Shown: positions 26,541 through 38,109 of the stretch, in pieces
Layout: every line of letters begins with the position of its first letter
How positions within the stretch are numbered: position 1 is the stretch's first letter
Source of the DNA: Hemiscyllium ocellatum
Lineage: Eukaryota
Assembly: GCF_020745735.1 (NCBI RefSeq)
Contig: NC_083417.1
Location: forward strand, 63,364,001 to 63,428,000
Length of the DNA: 64,000 nt
Reading direction: 5' to 3'
Made by a program: the position numbers and the translations under genes
Notes under the pieces: model-generated
Told to the model about the DNA's origin: nothing
Databases searched by the model: none
What the model saw: the letters and a program-made list of their open reading frames with translations, nothing else

Positions 26541-27110
26541 ACGGGAGAGACGGGAACGATTGAATGGTCTATTGTCCTTTTAATTCATATACTTGTTTGT
26601 GTGAGTAATTTACTAAGTGCTCAAGCTGCATCATTGGCCTGTATGACCAAGTGTTACAGCTCAGTTAGGAGTATATTATTTTCACAAATCCGATCTTGGT
26701 ACTACTCACAACAGAGCAGACCTTTCCTCTTCTCGGATTTTAATTTGACAATCTAGTTTGCATTGCGAAATTACTTCAAATTTAGCGCCTGGAATTAAAG
26801 TAAAAGAGTTTAGATACTCCGATATCACTTCAAAATGAATGCAAATACACTTCTAACTTTAGAATAGGACGGTCACGTATAAATCGAGTGGACAGTTCGA
26901 ATGAGGGGATGAAATAAATCCAGTTTATATTGTCATGTCGTATGGCTAATCACATAACTATTTGTGATATTCGCTTCATCCTTCAAAAGTTAGGAAAGTG
27001 CTCACATTTTCTCTGCAGTTAATCACGACACACCTGCACTTTGCGAATTCAAACGAGGATGATTGGGCGTTGGAAATTAAAAATATTCTGTGAAATAACG
27101 AACGTCTTAC

Positions 27111-27209
27111 CAGCTGATGCCTTTAACTCGAGTCTTGTCAAAATTATTATCAATATTAAAATTGCCAGCGTGCCAGCTGCCCATCTAGACATCAACAGAT
27201 GATCTTTCC
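27111..27209 (-). CDS. Gene A exon 4: transmembrane segment (G)KDHLLMSRWAAGTLAILILIIILTRLELKASA
   Basis: Acceptor atcctttag, donor GTAAGA, 99 nt phase 1/1; paralogous to the B TM exon. Confidence 0.85.
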
Positions 27210-27729
27210 CTAAAGGATCAATAACATTTGAATAAGAAACTGCAAAGCACAAGATTTAGACACTGAGAATCGAGGTTAGGCACAAGACGAGCTGCAAATG
27301 AGTGTCCCAGAATGATCCCGTCCATACATGTGAATAGGGCTGATCCCTTTTATTTCAACCGTGTGATATGCGTTCAAGGATTATGCTGTGGATCACATGA
27401 AAAATCAGTAATACAACTTATGAAGGGAACAGTTCCACAGAGATTTGGGAATCTTCACTTTGGATCGTTTCTGACGAAGAAAACACATTTTATGAAGCTC
27501 GCTAATTTATATCAGCACCTGCTGCAAAACTGTCAAATTCTTACCTTCATCAGATTTAATGCAGATTACCTCCTGTAACATTTGGCAATTAATACGTGCA
27601 TCGTGCAATTATGTAACTCCTTTGACATGACCAGGTGTCCAACGCATTCCAGAGGTCCGTTATCAGTACAATCCAGCCACATAGAGCAGATTAGAACAAA
27701 TGGATCAGAAACAGAAATTTCTGGAGAAA

Positions 27730-28830
27730 GTCAACTGCTCTGGCAGCATCTCATGGCGAGCGAAACCGAGTTGACTTTTCGAGTCCAGTGATTTTATTTT
27801 CAAACTGATAGCAGCTAGGAAAAAAAAGTGGTATATATGCTGAAGACAAAGTTAGTAGTGTGGGCAGTTTGGGTGGGGAAACGAGTGAGTGGATGGCAGA
27901 GGTGGAACCAAAAGAGATGGAACAACATGTGCACAGACGAAAGGAAGCAAAGAATGCTGGCAATGTGGAATATAAACAGATTCAACGAGTTGACTGTCCT
28001 GAAAGCAGTTCATGTCCTTAGTAGGACCTCGAGTGTGAGAGTAGGCAAAGGCCACAGAAGAAGGTATTCAGGCCCCAAAATTGTTGAATTCGACATCATG
28101 AGTCCTGAAGGCAACAAGGTCCCCAAGCAGCAAATGAGATTAGGTTCTTCTAGCTTGAACCTGAGGCTTGCTGGAAAACTGCAGCAAGCCCGAGACAGAA
28201 GTGTTGGCCAGGGAACATGGTACTGGCTTGTATTGGCAGGCAACTGAAAGCTAGATGTCATGTTTGAGGACAGAATGACGATAATTTGCGAAGGAATTGC
28301 CCAGTCTGTGTTTTCTGTCCCCAGAGTAGAAGAGACAGCATTGCATCTACACCGCTGAAGTCAGATGCCAACTCGAGGACACCACTTCCTACCGCCCCCT
28401 CGACCATGACCAACCTCCCCCATCACCAAACCATCATCTCCCAGACCATACAGAACCTCATCACCTCAGGAGATCTCGCACCCACAGCTTCCAACCTCAT
28501 AGTCCAGGAACCCTGCACTGCCCGGTTCAACCTCATTCCCAAGGTTTACAAGCCTTACCACCCTGGCCGACCCATTGTCTCAGCATGCTCCTGTCCCACT
28601 GAACTCATTTCTAAGTACCTCTACACTATCATATCCCCCTTAGTCCAGTAACTCCCCACATACATTCGAGACACCACCCACGCCCTCCACCTCCTCCAAG
28701 ACTTCCATTTCCCTGGCCCCCAATGCCTCATCTTCACCATGGATATTCAGTCCCTCTACACCTCCAACCGCCATTACCGGGACCTCCAAGCCCTCTGTTT
28801 CTTTCTCTCCCGAAGTCCCCAACAGTACCC
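27730..28830. mobile_element. Two Penelope fragments in opposite orientation (3' end on -, RT piece on +)
   Basis: 28340-28830 (+) encodes HQTIISQTI..ARFNLIPKVYKP..GRPIVS..; 27730-28290 (-) encodes a GIY-YIG C-terminal-like LGTLLPSG plus pLTR remnant. Confidence 0.75.
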
Positions 28831-29299
28831 TTCATACAGGGCTTATGTCTTCCCATCTTGACTCAATGTTTTTTCTCCTTCTCAGGTCCATTCCCACTTA
28901 CATCCATGATACAAAGCTTAACTGGTCTCGACAGTGTAAATGAGCAAAGAATCTGTCCGAAGGAAGATGCTCTCGAACTGGAGAACACAGTTTTGGACCA
29001 AGGGGCAAATGATTTAGGACTGAGGTGAAGAGGAACCTCTTCAACTAGAGGGTGGTGAATCTTTGGAATTCTCCATCCCAGAATGATAGAAAAACTCAGT
29101 CACTGATAGTATGAAATACTGAGATCAGCAAAAATGCAGAGTTTAAATTGTACGTAAATAATGTAGAAAATAGCGCTGATGAAGATCAATCATAATCTCG
29201 TCAAATGGCACAGCATGCTCGCTGGTCCCAATGTATATCCCTGCTCCAGGTGATCATGTTTCTTTGTAACCTAGTTAGGAATTGAAAACATTTCCATAC

Positions 29300-31747
29300 C
29301 TTGTAGCTGTCTAAATCTGTTACGCTTTGTATGCCTGGATCCAAAGAAAGGGAATTCATGGAATGCTTACAGGATGGTTTTTTGGAACAGCTTGTCATGG
29401 AGCCCACAAGGGAGCAGGCTATTCTGGACCTAGTGCTATGTAATGAACCAGACTTCATAAAAAAACTTAAAGTAAGGGAACACGTAGGAAGCAGCGATCA
29501 GAATATGGTAGAGTTCAGTCTGCAGTTTGAAAGAGAGAAGGCAAAATTGGATGTAATGGTGTTACAGTTAAATAAAGGTAATTATGATGGCATGAGAGAG
29601 GAACTGACGAAAATAGATTGGAAGCAGAGCCTAGCAGGGAAGAGAGTAGAGTTAAAATGGCAGGAGTTTTTGGTATGATTGAGGACGCTGTGCAGAGGTT
29701 CATCCCCAAGAAAAGAATGATTATCCAGGGAGGGATTAGACAGCCATGGCTGACAAAGGAAGTCAGGAAATGTATTAAAGAAAAAGAGAGATCTAATAAA
29801 GTGGCCAAGAGCACTGGGAAATCAGAAGGTTGGGAAGGCTACAAAAGCAAACAGAGGATAACAAAGAGAGAAATAAGGAAGGAGAGCATCAAATATGAAA
29901 GTAGGCCAGCCAGTAATATTAGAAATCATAGTAAAAGTTTATTTCAGTCCATAAGAAACAAACTACAGGCAAAAGTAGACATTGGGCCACTTCAAACTGA
30001 TGCTGGAAACCGAGTGATGGGAGATAAGGAAATCGTTGGAGAACTTAATAAGTACTTTGCGTCAGTCTTCACAGTGGAAGACACGAATAATATCCCAACA
30101 ACTAAAGGGAGTCAGGGGGCTGAGTTGAGTATGGTCGGCATTACAAAAGAAAAAAGTACTAGAAAAGCTAAAAGGTCTTAAAATTGATAAATCTCCTGGC
30201 TCTGAAAGGCTACATCCTAGAGTTCTGAGGGAGATGGCTGAGGAAATAGTGTAGGCATTGGTCTTTCAAAAGTCACTGGAGTCAGGGAAAGTCCTGGATG
30301 ATTGGAAGATCGCTGTTGTAACCCCCTTGTTCAAGAAAGGATCAAGACAAAAGATGGAAAATTATAGGCCAATTAGCCTATCCTCGGTTGTTGGTAAAAT
30401 TCAAGAATCCATCATTGAGGATGAGGTTTCTAAATTATTGGACGAGCAGGGTCGGATTAGAACAAGTCAACACGGATTTAGTAAGGGGTGGTCGTGCCTG
30501 ACAAACCTGTTGGAATTCTTTGAAGAGGTGACAAGTAGGTTAGGCCAGGGAAACCCAGTGGATGTGGTCTATCTCGACTCCCAGAAGGCCTTTGATAAGG
30601 TGCTACACGGGAGGCTGCTGAGCAAGGTGAGGGTCCATGGTATTCGAGGTATGGATTGAGGATTGGCTGTCTGACAGAAGCAGAGAGTTGGGATAAAAGG
30701 TTCTTTTTTGGAATGGCAGCTGGCGACAAGCGGTGTCCCGCAGAGTTAGTGTTGGGTCTGCAGCTGTTCACATTATATATTAATGATCTGGATGAAGGTA
30801 CTGAGGGTATTCTAGCGAGGTTTGCGGACTATACGAATTTAGGTGGACGGGCAGGTAGTACTGAGGAAGTGGGGAGGCTCCAGAAGGATCTAGACAGTTT
30901 GGGAGAGTGGTCCAGAAAATGGCTGATGGAATTCAATGTGAGCAAATGCGAGGTCGTGCACTTTGGAAAAAAGAATACAAGCATGGACAACTTTTTAAAC
31001 GGTGAGAAAATTCATAAAGCCAAAATACAAAGGGATTTGGGAGTGCTAGTCGAGGATTCACTCTTGGTAAACATGCAGGTTGAGTCCGTGATTAAGAAAG
31101 CAAATGCAATGTTGTCATTTATCTCAAGAGGGTTGGAATATAAAAGCTCTGTTGAGCTACTGAGACTTCATAAAGCTCTGGTTAGGCCCCATTTGGAGTA
31201 CTGTGTCCAGTTTTGGGTCCCCACACCTCAGGAAGGACATACTGGCACTGGAGCATGTCCAGCGGAGATTCACATGGGTGTTCCCTGGAATGGTAGGTCT
31301 AATATACGAGCAATGGCCAAGGATCCTAGGATTGTATTCATTGGAGTTTTGAAGAAAAGGGGGAGATCGAATAGTAACTTACAAGATAATACAAAGCTTG
31401 GAAAAGGTGGACGCTAGGAAATTGTTTCTGTTAGGCGAGGAGACTAGGACTCGTGGACACAGACTTAGAATTAGAGGGGGTAAATTCAGAACAGAAATGC
31501 GAAGACATTTCTTCAGCCAGAGACTGGTGGGCCTGTGGAATTCATTGTCGCAGAGTACAGCGAAGGCTGGGACGCTAAATTGATAAATTCTTGATGTCAC
31601 AAGGAATTAAGGGCTACGTGGAGAATGCGGTTAAGTGGAGTTAAAATGCCCATCAGCCATGATTGAATGGCGGAGTGAACCCGATGGTCCGAATGGCCTT
31701 ACTTGCACTCCTATGTCTTATGGTCTTATAGTCTTATGGACTTATGG
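29300..31747 (+). mobile_element. CR1 LINE, 5'-truncated, in gene A intron 3
   Basis: ORF2 fragments 29331-31583 (..LDLVLCNE.., ..NYRPISLSSVVGK.., FTLYINDLDE..FADY); (tcttatgg)n tail. Confidence 0.92.
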
Positions 31748-32379
31748 CTCTATAACATCATTTTCCAGCCTTCCCAGGCAACACCTCCTGCAAAATTTAA
31801 TGCATACAAAAAGAGCAACTTGCAATTTCATTGCACTCTTAACTGGGTTAAAATAATTCTAAGGTACTCCTCAGCATCATTATCGTGACCTTAGGACAGA
31901 AAGTAGTAAGACTCAAGAAGCGTCTTAAAGAAGGAAAGACACAGTAGGAGGTGGAGAGGTTGGAATTTTCCAAATGCTGGAGATTGGCAACTGAAAACGT
32001 TGTTGGCAGAGAGCAGCTGAGCAAGATAAACAATATACATGTTCAGGTTGCATAAATCACTTGGGTGGAAAGGATCAATTTTATCTGTACGCTCATTTCA
32101 TTTAGCAAAACTTAATTGCCGAGTTTTCAACTTTTGAATAGTGTTCACATGAACCTCCCGTTTCAGATAATTTCAAGGAGCTATTCCTCAACCTGTATCT
32201 GCAAGCTATCTTAGAATATTTCGCATTGTTTCCATTTCTACGGCATTGAGAATGAACACGGTTTGCATTATAATAATATGCTCAAATCCGAACAACTGTC
32301 CAACGACTTTATAAGTCACGTTTAGGATCTTACTTCCATCACACCCCCAACTCCCTATTGGGAAAAATTTCGATATTAC

Positions 32380-32676
32380 CTCGATTAAAGGTGTAGCTGA
32401 CGCTGGTGGGCACCTTAAGGCAAGCATGAGATACCAGGCAGGTATAAACTACACTGCTCCATACAGGTTGTGCATCTTTCAACGAACTAGTAACCTCATA
32501 GAGCCCATCCACGGTCTTGCTTCTCACAGTTTCTATTCCAGTATGAAACTTGAAACCATCTTTTAACCAGGAGATTCCTAGATCCTTCGGGTAAAAGGCA
32601 GTCGTTTTGCACTCGAATTGGAAATAATTCCCTGAACTCTCTTTCACACGATCGATTTTCAGGAGGATTGGGGGAA
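32380..32676 (-). CDS. Gene A exon 3: Ig C1-set domain
   Basis: Acceptor ttctgttatag, donor GTAATA, 297 nt phase 1/1. Motifs FECKTTAFYPKDLGISWL and YTCLVSH; 60 of 98 aa identical to the B C1 domain. Confidence 0.92.
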
Positions 32677-35336
32677 CTATAACAGAAAGTAAAACATTTG
32701 TAAAAAAAAACACTCCCTTTTGTACTCCGTCTCACTCTGCCTCCTTGCCCACCCCACGTTATGCTATTCCATTCCTGCTGTGACAACAGTTTTCCTCGTT
32801 ATCGTATGTTAAACTTGGTCTTTGCATTTATTTTTAAAATGCACGGCGAAATGCTGGGATGATTAGCAAACGATGCTCAAAGTGGATGATTCTGGGTGGA
32901 AAATATTTAATAAAGTGCAGTGTTAACATAATCCCAGGGTTTTCGCTCTACCGTAAATGAATTTCGTTTTTTGGACTTTTTTTTTCCTGGAGGAGATTCT
33001 GCCTTTAGGGAACTTACGAATTAGGATCTGAAGTAGGTCGATCCAATTGGTAGGTCATTCGACCCTATGAGCCTGATCTATCAGTCAATAAAATCATGCC
33101 TGCGATTTTTGTGTTCCTGATTTTTATTCTTGTCTTGGGCTGAACTCCACCAACTGGCCCATCCCCCCCTCCAAAAGATCAATTCTACATTAATCATTTA
33201 TTAAAATGAATATATACGTAGCTGGAAGTATTGTCACTGGGTTTGCATTGTTCTGCTGTTGATTACAATCAATATCCTTAACCTTTGTTTTCTACATGTT
33301 TATGGTTCCTGAATTTTGATACCAGGGAATTATTAAATTAGTTATGTCTTTCTCTTCCAAATTTATGAGAGCTGCTATTGCCAGCAAAGACCGAAACTTC
33401 TTCCATTATCCCCACAGATCCGCTTTAGATATCGCAGCGTTCCCGTAGACAGAGGAAATAGTATTACCTTGGTCTCCAGTCATAAGTCCATTTGGTTCGA
33501 AATATAAATGACAAGGGCAGGAGCGCAGAAGTTTATACCTACGCTTAGTGCTGTCCTTCCTTCACTTTGCCTGTTGTGCCTACATCAGAGAAAGTCAAGT
33601 TGGAGGACTACAGAGGATCAAGCACAGGCAATGAGTAACTTCACTGTCCTGCAATCTTTAGGTCTGGGGATAGCATCCAGCATTGTGTGCAAGAACAACA
33701 CTTGCCCTACACCTAATAATGTGATTCACTTGTAAAAAGAAAAATATTGACGTTGAAAACATTTTCGGTTCAAGTATGCAAGGCCAAAACGTTTGGTGAT
33801 TCCACTGTTGACTTTCTTGCATGAATATGGCGTGAAAGCAGAACATTCTGCCCATCGAGTTCAGATCTCCACAACTTCCTCTGTATTTCACTTAGGTTGT
33901 GGTTGAACTGTATTGCAACTCCTTTTTCTGTTTTTATTCTGCTCCTTTGATCCCCTTGATAAATTCCCCTTGATATCCATCTCAACGTTTGAACAATTGA
34001 GCACAGAATAATTCGGTGGGCAGTTTGCAAGTTGAAAAGTTATCTAGTATTTGTCGCATGTAGATGTTATCAATCACTTGAATTTATAATGAATGCATAT
34101 TGTCGGTGCCAATTAGTAAGACTTTATAATCTTGCATAAGAAATTGATATAGGAGGTGTTAGAATTGTTCTGATGGAAGATTATGATCTGAAACGCTTTT
34201 GATTAATAAGAAAATCCAAGGGTATCGGGGGTGGACAGGAAAGTGCAGTTGAGACCACTAACTTACCATCCACAATTTTATTGAGTGGCTGAGTAAACTC
34301 GACGGACAAATGGTCTACTCTTGCTTTTAATTCTTCTGCTCGTATTACATCTGTAGATGCTCAGATACATTAGAAGTAATTTCTGTTAGAATTTCACATT
34401 TCCAGTGACCCTAGCACTTCGTTTTTGTGTTAACGTTGTTTCCATTGTCGCAATTTAGCACTATTATTTTGAGGTAAACCGAGCATCTTAACCATGACAT
34501 AAAAAAAGATATTGCTGGAGAAACTCAGCAGGACTGGCAGCTTAAGAATGTAAAATATAGAAGTAGAAGTAGGCCATCTCACCCGTCGAACCTCCTCCCC
34601 CATTCAATAAGATCATGGCTGATCTTTTCTTGGACTCAGCTCCATTTGCCCAGCCGCTCACTATAGCCCTTAATTTCTTTGCTGTTCAAAAATCTATCAT
34701 CGCATGAAAAAAAAATCAATACGGTAACCTAAACTGGTCCACTGGTCAGGGAATTCCACAGGTTCACAACCATTTGCGTGAAGAGTTTCCTCCTCAACTC
34801 AGTCCTAAATCTGTATCCCCTATTTTGAAGCTATCTGCTCAGCGAAAAGAGAGTTAACCATTCCAGTCAAGTGACCTTAAGAACCGTAATGAAAAAGGAT
34901 CGCTGATCTCTAAACGTTGGCTCACACAGATGCTGCCAGACATGTTGAACTTTTCTCGAAATTTCTATTTTAGTTTCTGATTTTCAACATTCACTGTTCT
35001 CTATTTTATCTTATTCCATTAATTAATTTTACTCCACAGTTTAAACAGTTATCCTGTTTCACTATCTTGGCGCAATATATTATTTCTGCACGAAAATGTC
35101 ACTCACTGTATTAACAGCACTGTGCACTGTCATGATCACAATGAGCAGTGGAATTTATCTTGAGAAATGGCACAAAACGGGCGAAAGCGAATCAATGGCC
35201 GTCATGCAGCGACGTCAACGGAGAAGAGATTTCCACAGTTGTGTGAAGCCAAGACGCTGTCACCGGAGTTTCCTCAAATTATAAAAGTTCAGATCGCATA
35301 AGTCACACAAAACAGCTGAAGGGTTGTCTGCCCTGG

Positions 35337-35521
35337 CAAAATGTTGAAGAGAGTGGTGCTGGAAAAGCACAGACGGTCAGGCAGCATCCGCAGAGTAGTA
35401 CAGTCGATTTTTTTGGGCGTAAGCCCTTCATTCTGCACCTCGCATGCTGCCTGACCGACTGTGCTTTTCCAGCACCACACTCTTCGATTCTGATCTCCAG
35501 CATCTGCAGCCCTCAATTTCT
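35337..35521. mobile_element. Penelope pLTR-derived foldback in gene A intron 2
   Basis: Inverted arms (agagtggtgctggaaaagcacag / ctgtgcttttccagcacc); absent at the equivalent B position; flanked by cctgg on both sides. Confidence 0.8.
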
Positions 35522-35541
35522 CCTGGTACAATGTAACTTAC

Positions 35542-35850
35542 CGCACACTGTCAGCAACGAGCCACTTTCAGCTCCAAGGATACTTTGCTGATGACTTATT
35601 TTACAATGATACATTCCAGAGTCTGCAAAAGTGACGTTGAGAACATGAAGCAAGCCTCTTCCTTTCTGGACGTGAAATCGCTTTCTGCTGTCCGGTTCCA
35701 GAAACAATTCCTCATTGTGTCTCCACCAAAATACTTCAGGAACGTCTTCAAATATGGGAAATGTGCAGAACATGGAAACATTGTCACCTCTGGCAGCCTT
35801 TAAGACTTTGGGAAACTGATGTACTTTGCTCGAAGTCACTTTAGTGACTA
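35542..35850 (-). CDS. Gene A exon 2: Ig V domain with J-like G strand
   Basis: Acceptor tttttttcag (tandem CAGTAG), donor GTAAGT, 309 nt. VTKVTSSKVHQFP...MFC...VFWW...DSGMYHC...GAESGSLLTVC; 80 of 101 aa identical to the gene B V domain. Confidence 0.92.
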
Positions 35851-36060
35851 CTGAAAAAAAACACGTAAAAACCATGATGCCAGTTGGGAGACAGTTGACA
35901 TGGAAAAACAATGGAGGAGTAAAATGCACAAACAATTAAGAACAATCACGCGCATCCAATTGGAGAAGCAGGACATCTAACTTTGAGATGCAAAGTTTCT
36001 CTGAGTATGAAATACAATCTAAATTATTCTAACAGGGTAGCAAGTACCATTTAATAGTAC

Positions 36061-36115
36061 CTGGCCAAGCCATATCCAGAAGAGTCATGAACAGAATCGC
36101 TGCTCTCACCGACAT
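36061..36115 (-). CDS. Gene A exon 1: signal peptide MSVRAAILFMTLLDMAWP(V)
   Basis: ATG at 36115-36113, close paralog of the B leader. The position of B's donor reads AT here, so the in-frame phase-1 donor CCAG|GTACTA 15 nt downstream is inferred. Confidence 0.65.
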
Positions 36116-36411
36116 TTTGTAAATGCGATAGCGCGGGCTTCTTGCTGCAAACGACAACAGTATTCTGTGTTTGGGAGTGGGACTACAAATGAGTTTCATA
36201 AATAATAATGTTAACTGTGAGGCCATGACATGACGTATCACATGACTATTGCAGCGTATTGGATGCGGTTGTACTTCTCTGTGAGAGTTTGTGGCGTTCG
36301 TGGTTCCTTTCTAACTCCTTGCTGAAACATTTCCAAATGAAGAGTGACGCTTTTGTTTTCCAGTCTCCAGAGGGACATTGGATTCCAAAAACCTTCTTTG
36401 TTAGCACTTAC

Positions 36412-36490
36412 CTTTTGTCGTTAGCTTAATGCTGAAAATATCTCTTCAGGCCGCAGTACTCCAACTCCGTTATCTCAGCGATTCCTCTTC
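36412..36490 (-). other. Possible non-coding 5' exon of gene A
   Basis: Strong donor AAAG|GTAAGT at 36412/36411 and an acceptor tttgcag just upstream of the A leader ATG (about 36145). The upstream end is approximate. Confidence 0.3.
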
Positions 36491-37774
36491 ACGTAAGTAA
36501 CTGTTTATCCTGGGAGCACTGAGTTTCATGCCGCCATTATCTTTAACAACATTTGAACGTCCGAAATTCCAGCAGGAACCGCTGGATTAATAATTACATT
36601 CATCTTTATTTTAGCCGGAATTAAATGAAAACAAAAACCTATTTCCAAACTATTTTCTCTTGGAGCTGTTAGTCTACACAATAATCAAGAAATAGTCACG
36701 GCATTGTGTTTGGTAATAACTGGCGATGGAACCGCGAGGGAAGAAACAAGCCTGCACCATGCCCATTTAACCTATTGCAAAGAAATACGTAATCTTGTGG
36801 AAGTTACATACGTTTTGTCGACTTTCAGCTTGTTGCAGATGGCAATTTGCTGACTGGAATTATTTAACATAAATTAGCAGACGAAATTTATTCAGGAAGC
36901 CAGATGCTAACCATCATCAGCGGAGCTACACAGACATTTAGTCCACAACAAGTAGGACTAGGTTGAAACACATTGCCACTGTGAAATTCAAAAGCATCTG
37001 GGTCTTTTACTAATCTGTCCACGTTCCGGCTGGTCTGACAGAATGTCGTTTAAACAATGCAGTTTATGCAATCAAAACTTTTATGGTAATTTTTACCATG
37101 AAAACTTTTCATCCTCTTGAACGCTGCTAATCATTTTGATCAAGCAGAATAACACTACTTCTTCAACATCACTGAATTTCCTGAACGCGAATATCGTTCC
37201 AATAAATATCTTCCAACATCCTCTCTAAGGCCTCGATATTCCTCATGGTTGAGCATAAGTCTTCAGTTTGAGGCTATTTCATGTTTAATACAATTTACTT
37301 GCCTTATGTTTTACGCCTCATTGTCCTCCTAGCTTCAAACTATTGCAAACACACTGCAGACCTTTGCTTTTCCGTAAATCTTCCTTCTCTTGGCAAACAC
37401 TAAAACGGGAATCATTGCCTCTGCTTGCTTTTTAAAACTAGTTTATGAGCATTGAGACAAGGCAGGATTGTTGTCCATCCCAATTACCCTTGACGGAATC
37501 CTCTTTGTTCACTTTTACGTGGAGTAGGAAGTATGACAGGTCTTGTTAATTTCTAATAACTGTATAAACGAAGATGACAGGAAAGAACCTAATAAAATGA
37601 CACCATGTCATTTTGCTTGTGTATTGCTGAGTAGTCAATGAGTTGTTTAATTGTCCACTATCATTCATATCTGGGTGTGGCAGGACTGCAGAGCATCGAT
37701 CTGATCTGTTGGTTGTGGGACCGTGTAGTTCAGTCTGTCACTTGCTACCTGTGCTATTTGGCATACAGGTAGTC

Positions 37775-37990
37775 CCGAAAATGTGTTGCTGGAAAAGCGC
37801 AGCAGGTCAGGCAGCATCCAAGGAACAGGTAATTCGACGTTTCGGGCATAAGCCCTTCATCAGGACCTTATTCCTGATGAAGGGTTTATGCCTGAAACGT
37901 AGAATTTCCTGTTCCTTGGATGCTGCCTGACCTGCTGCGCTTTTCCAGCAACACATTTTCAGCTCTGATATCCAGCATCTGCAGACCTCA
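37775..37990. mobile_element. Palindromic Penelope pLTR foldback with two opposed hammerhead cores
   Basis: About 85-bp arms gaaaatgtgttgctggaaaagcgcagcagg..cccttcatcagg and cctgatgaaggg..ttccagcaacacattttc around a short spacer. Confidence 0.9.
37870..37906 (+). ncRNA. Minimal hammerhead motif in the foldback
   Basis: attc-CTGATGA-agggtttatgcct-GAAA-CGT-A-gaat; GUA triplet, G-U closing stem II. Confidence 0.55.
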
Positions 37991-38109
37991 CTTTCTCCAT
38001 GCAGGCAGTTCTGTCAGCTTCACCATGTTGACACCATATTTTGAAGCATTCGTGGTGCTGCTCCAGGCATGTGTTCCTACACTCTCTATTGGACCAGTGT
38101 TAATCAATT

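Noticed and set aside
35118-35124. CACAGTG heptamer on the coding strand in intron 2 of A (and at 61832-61838 in B) as a possible RSS
   Set aside because: No ACAAAAACC-like nonamer at 12 or 23 nt spacing, and it lies 230-420 nt inside the intron rather than abutting the V coding end.
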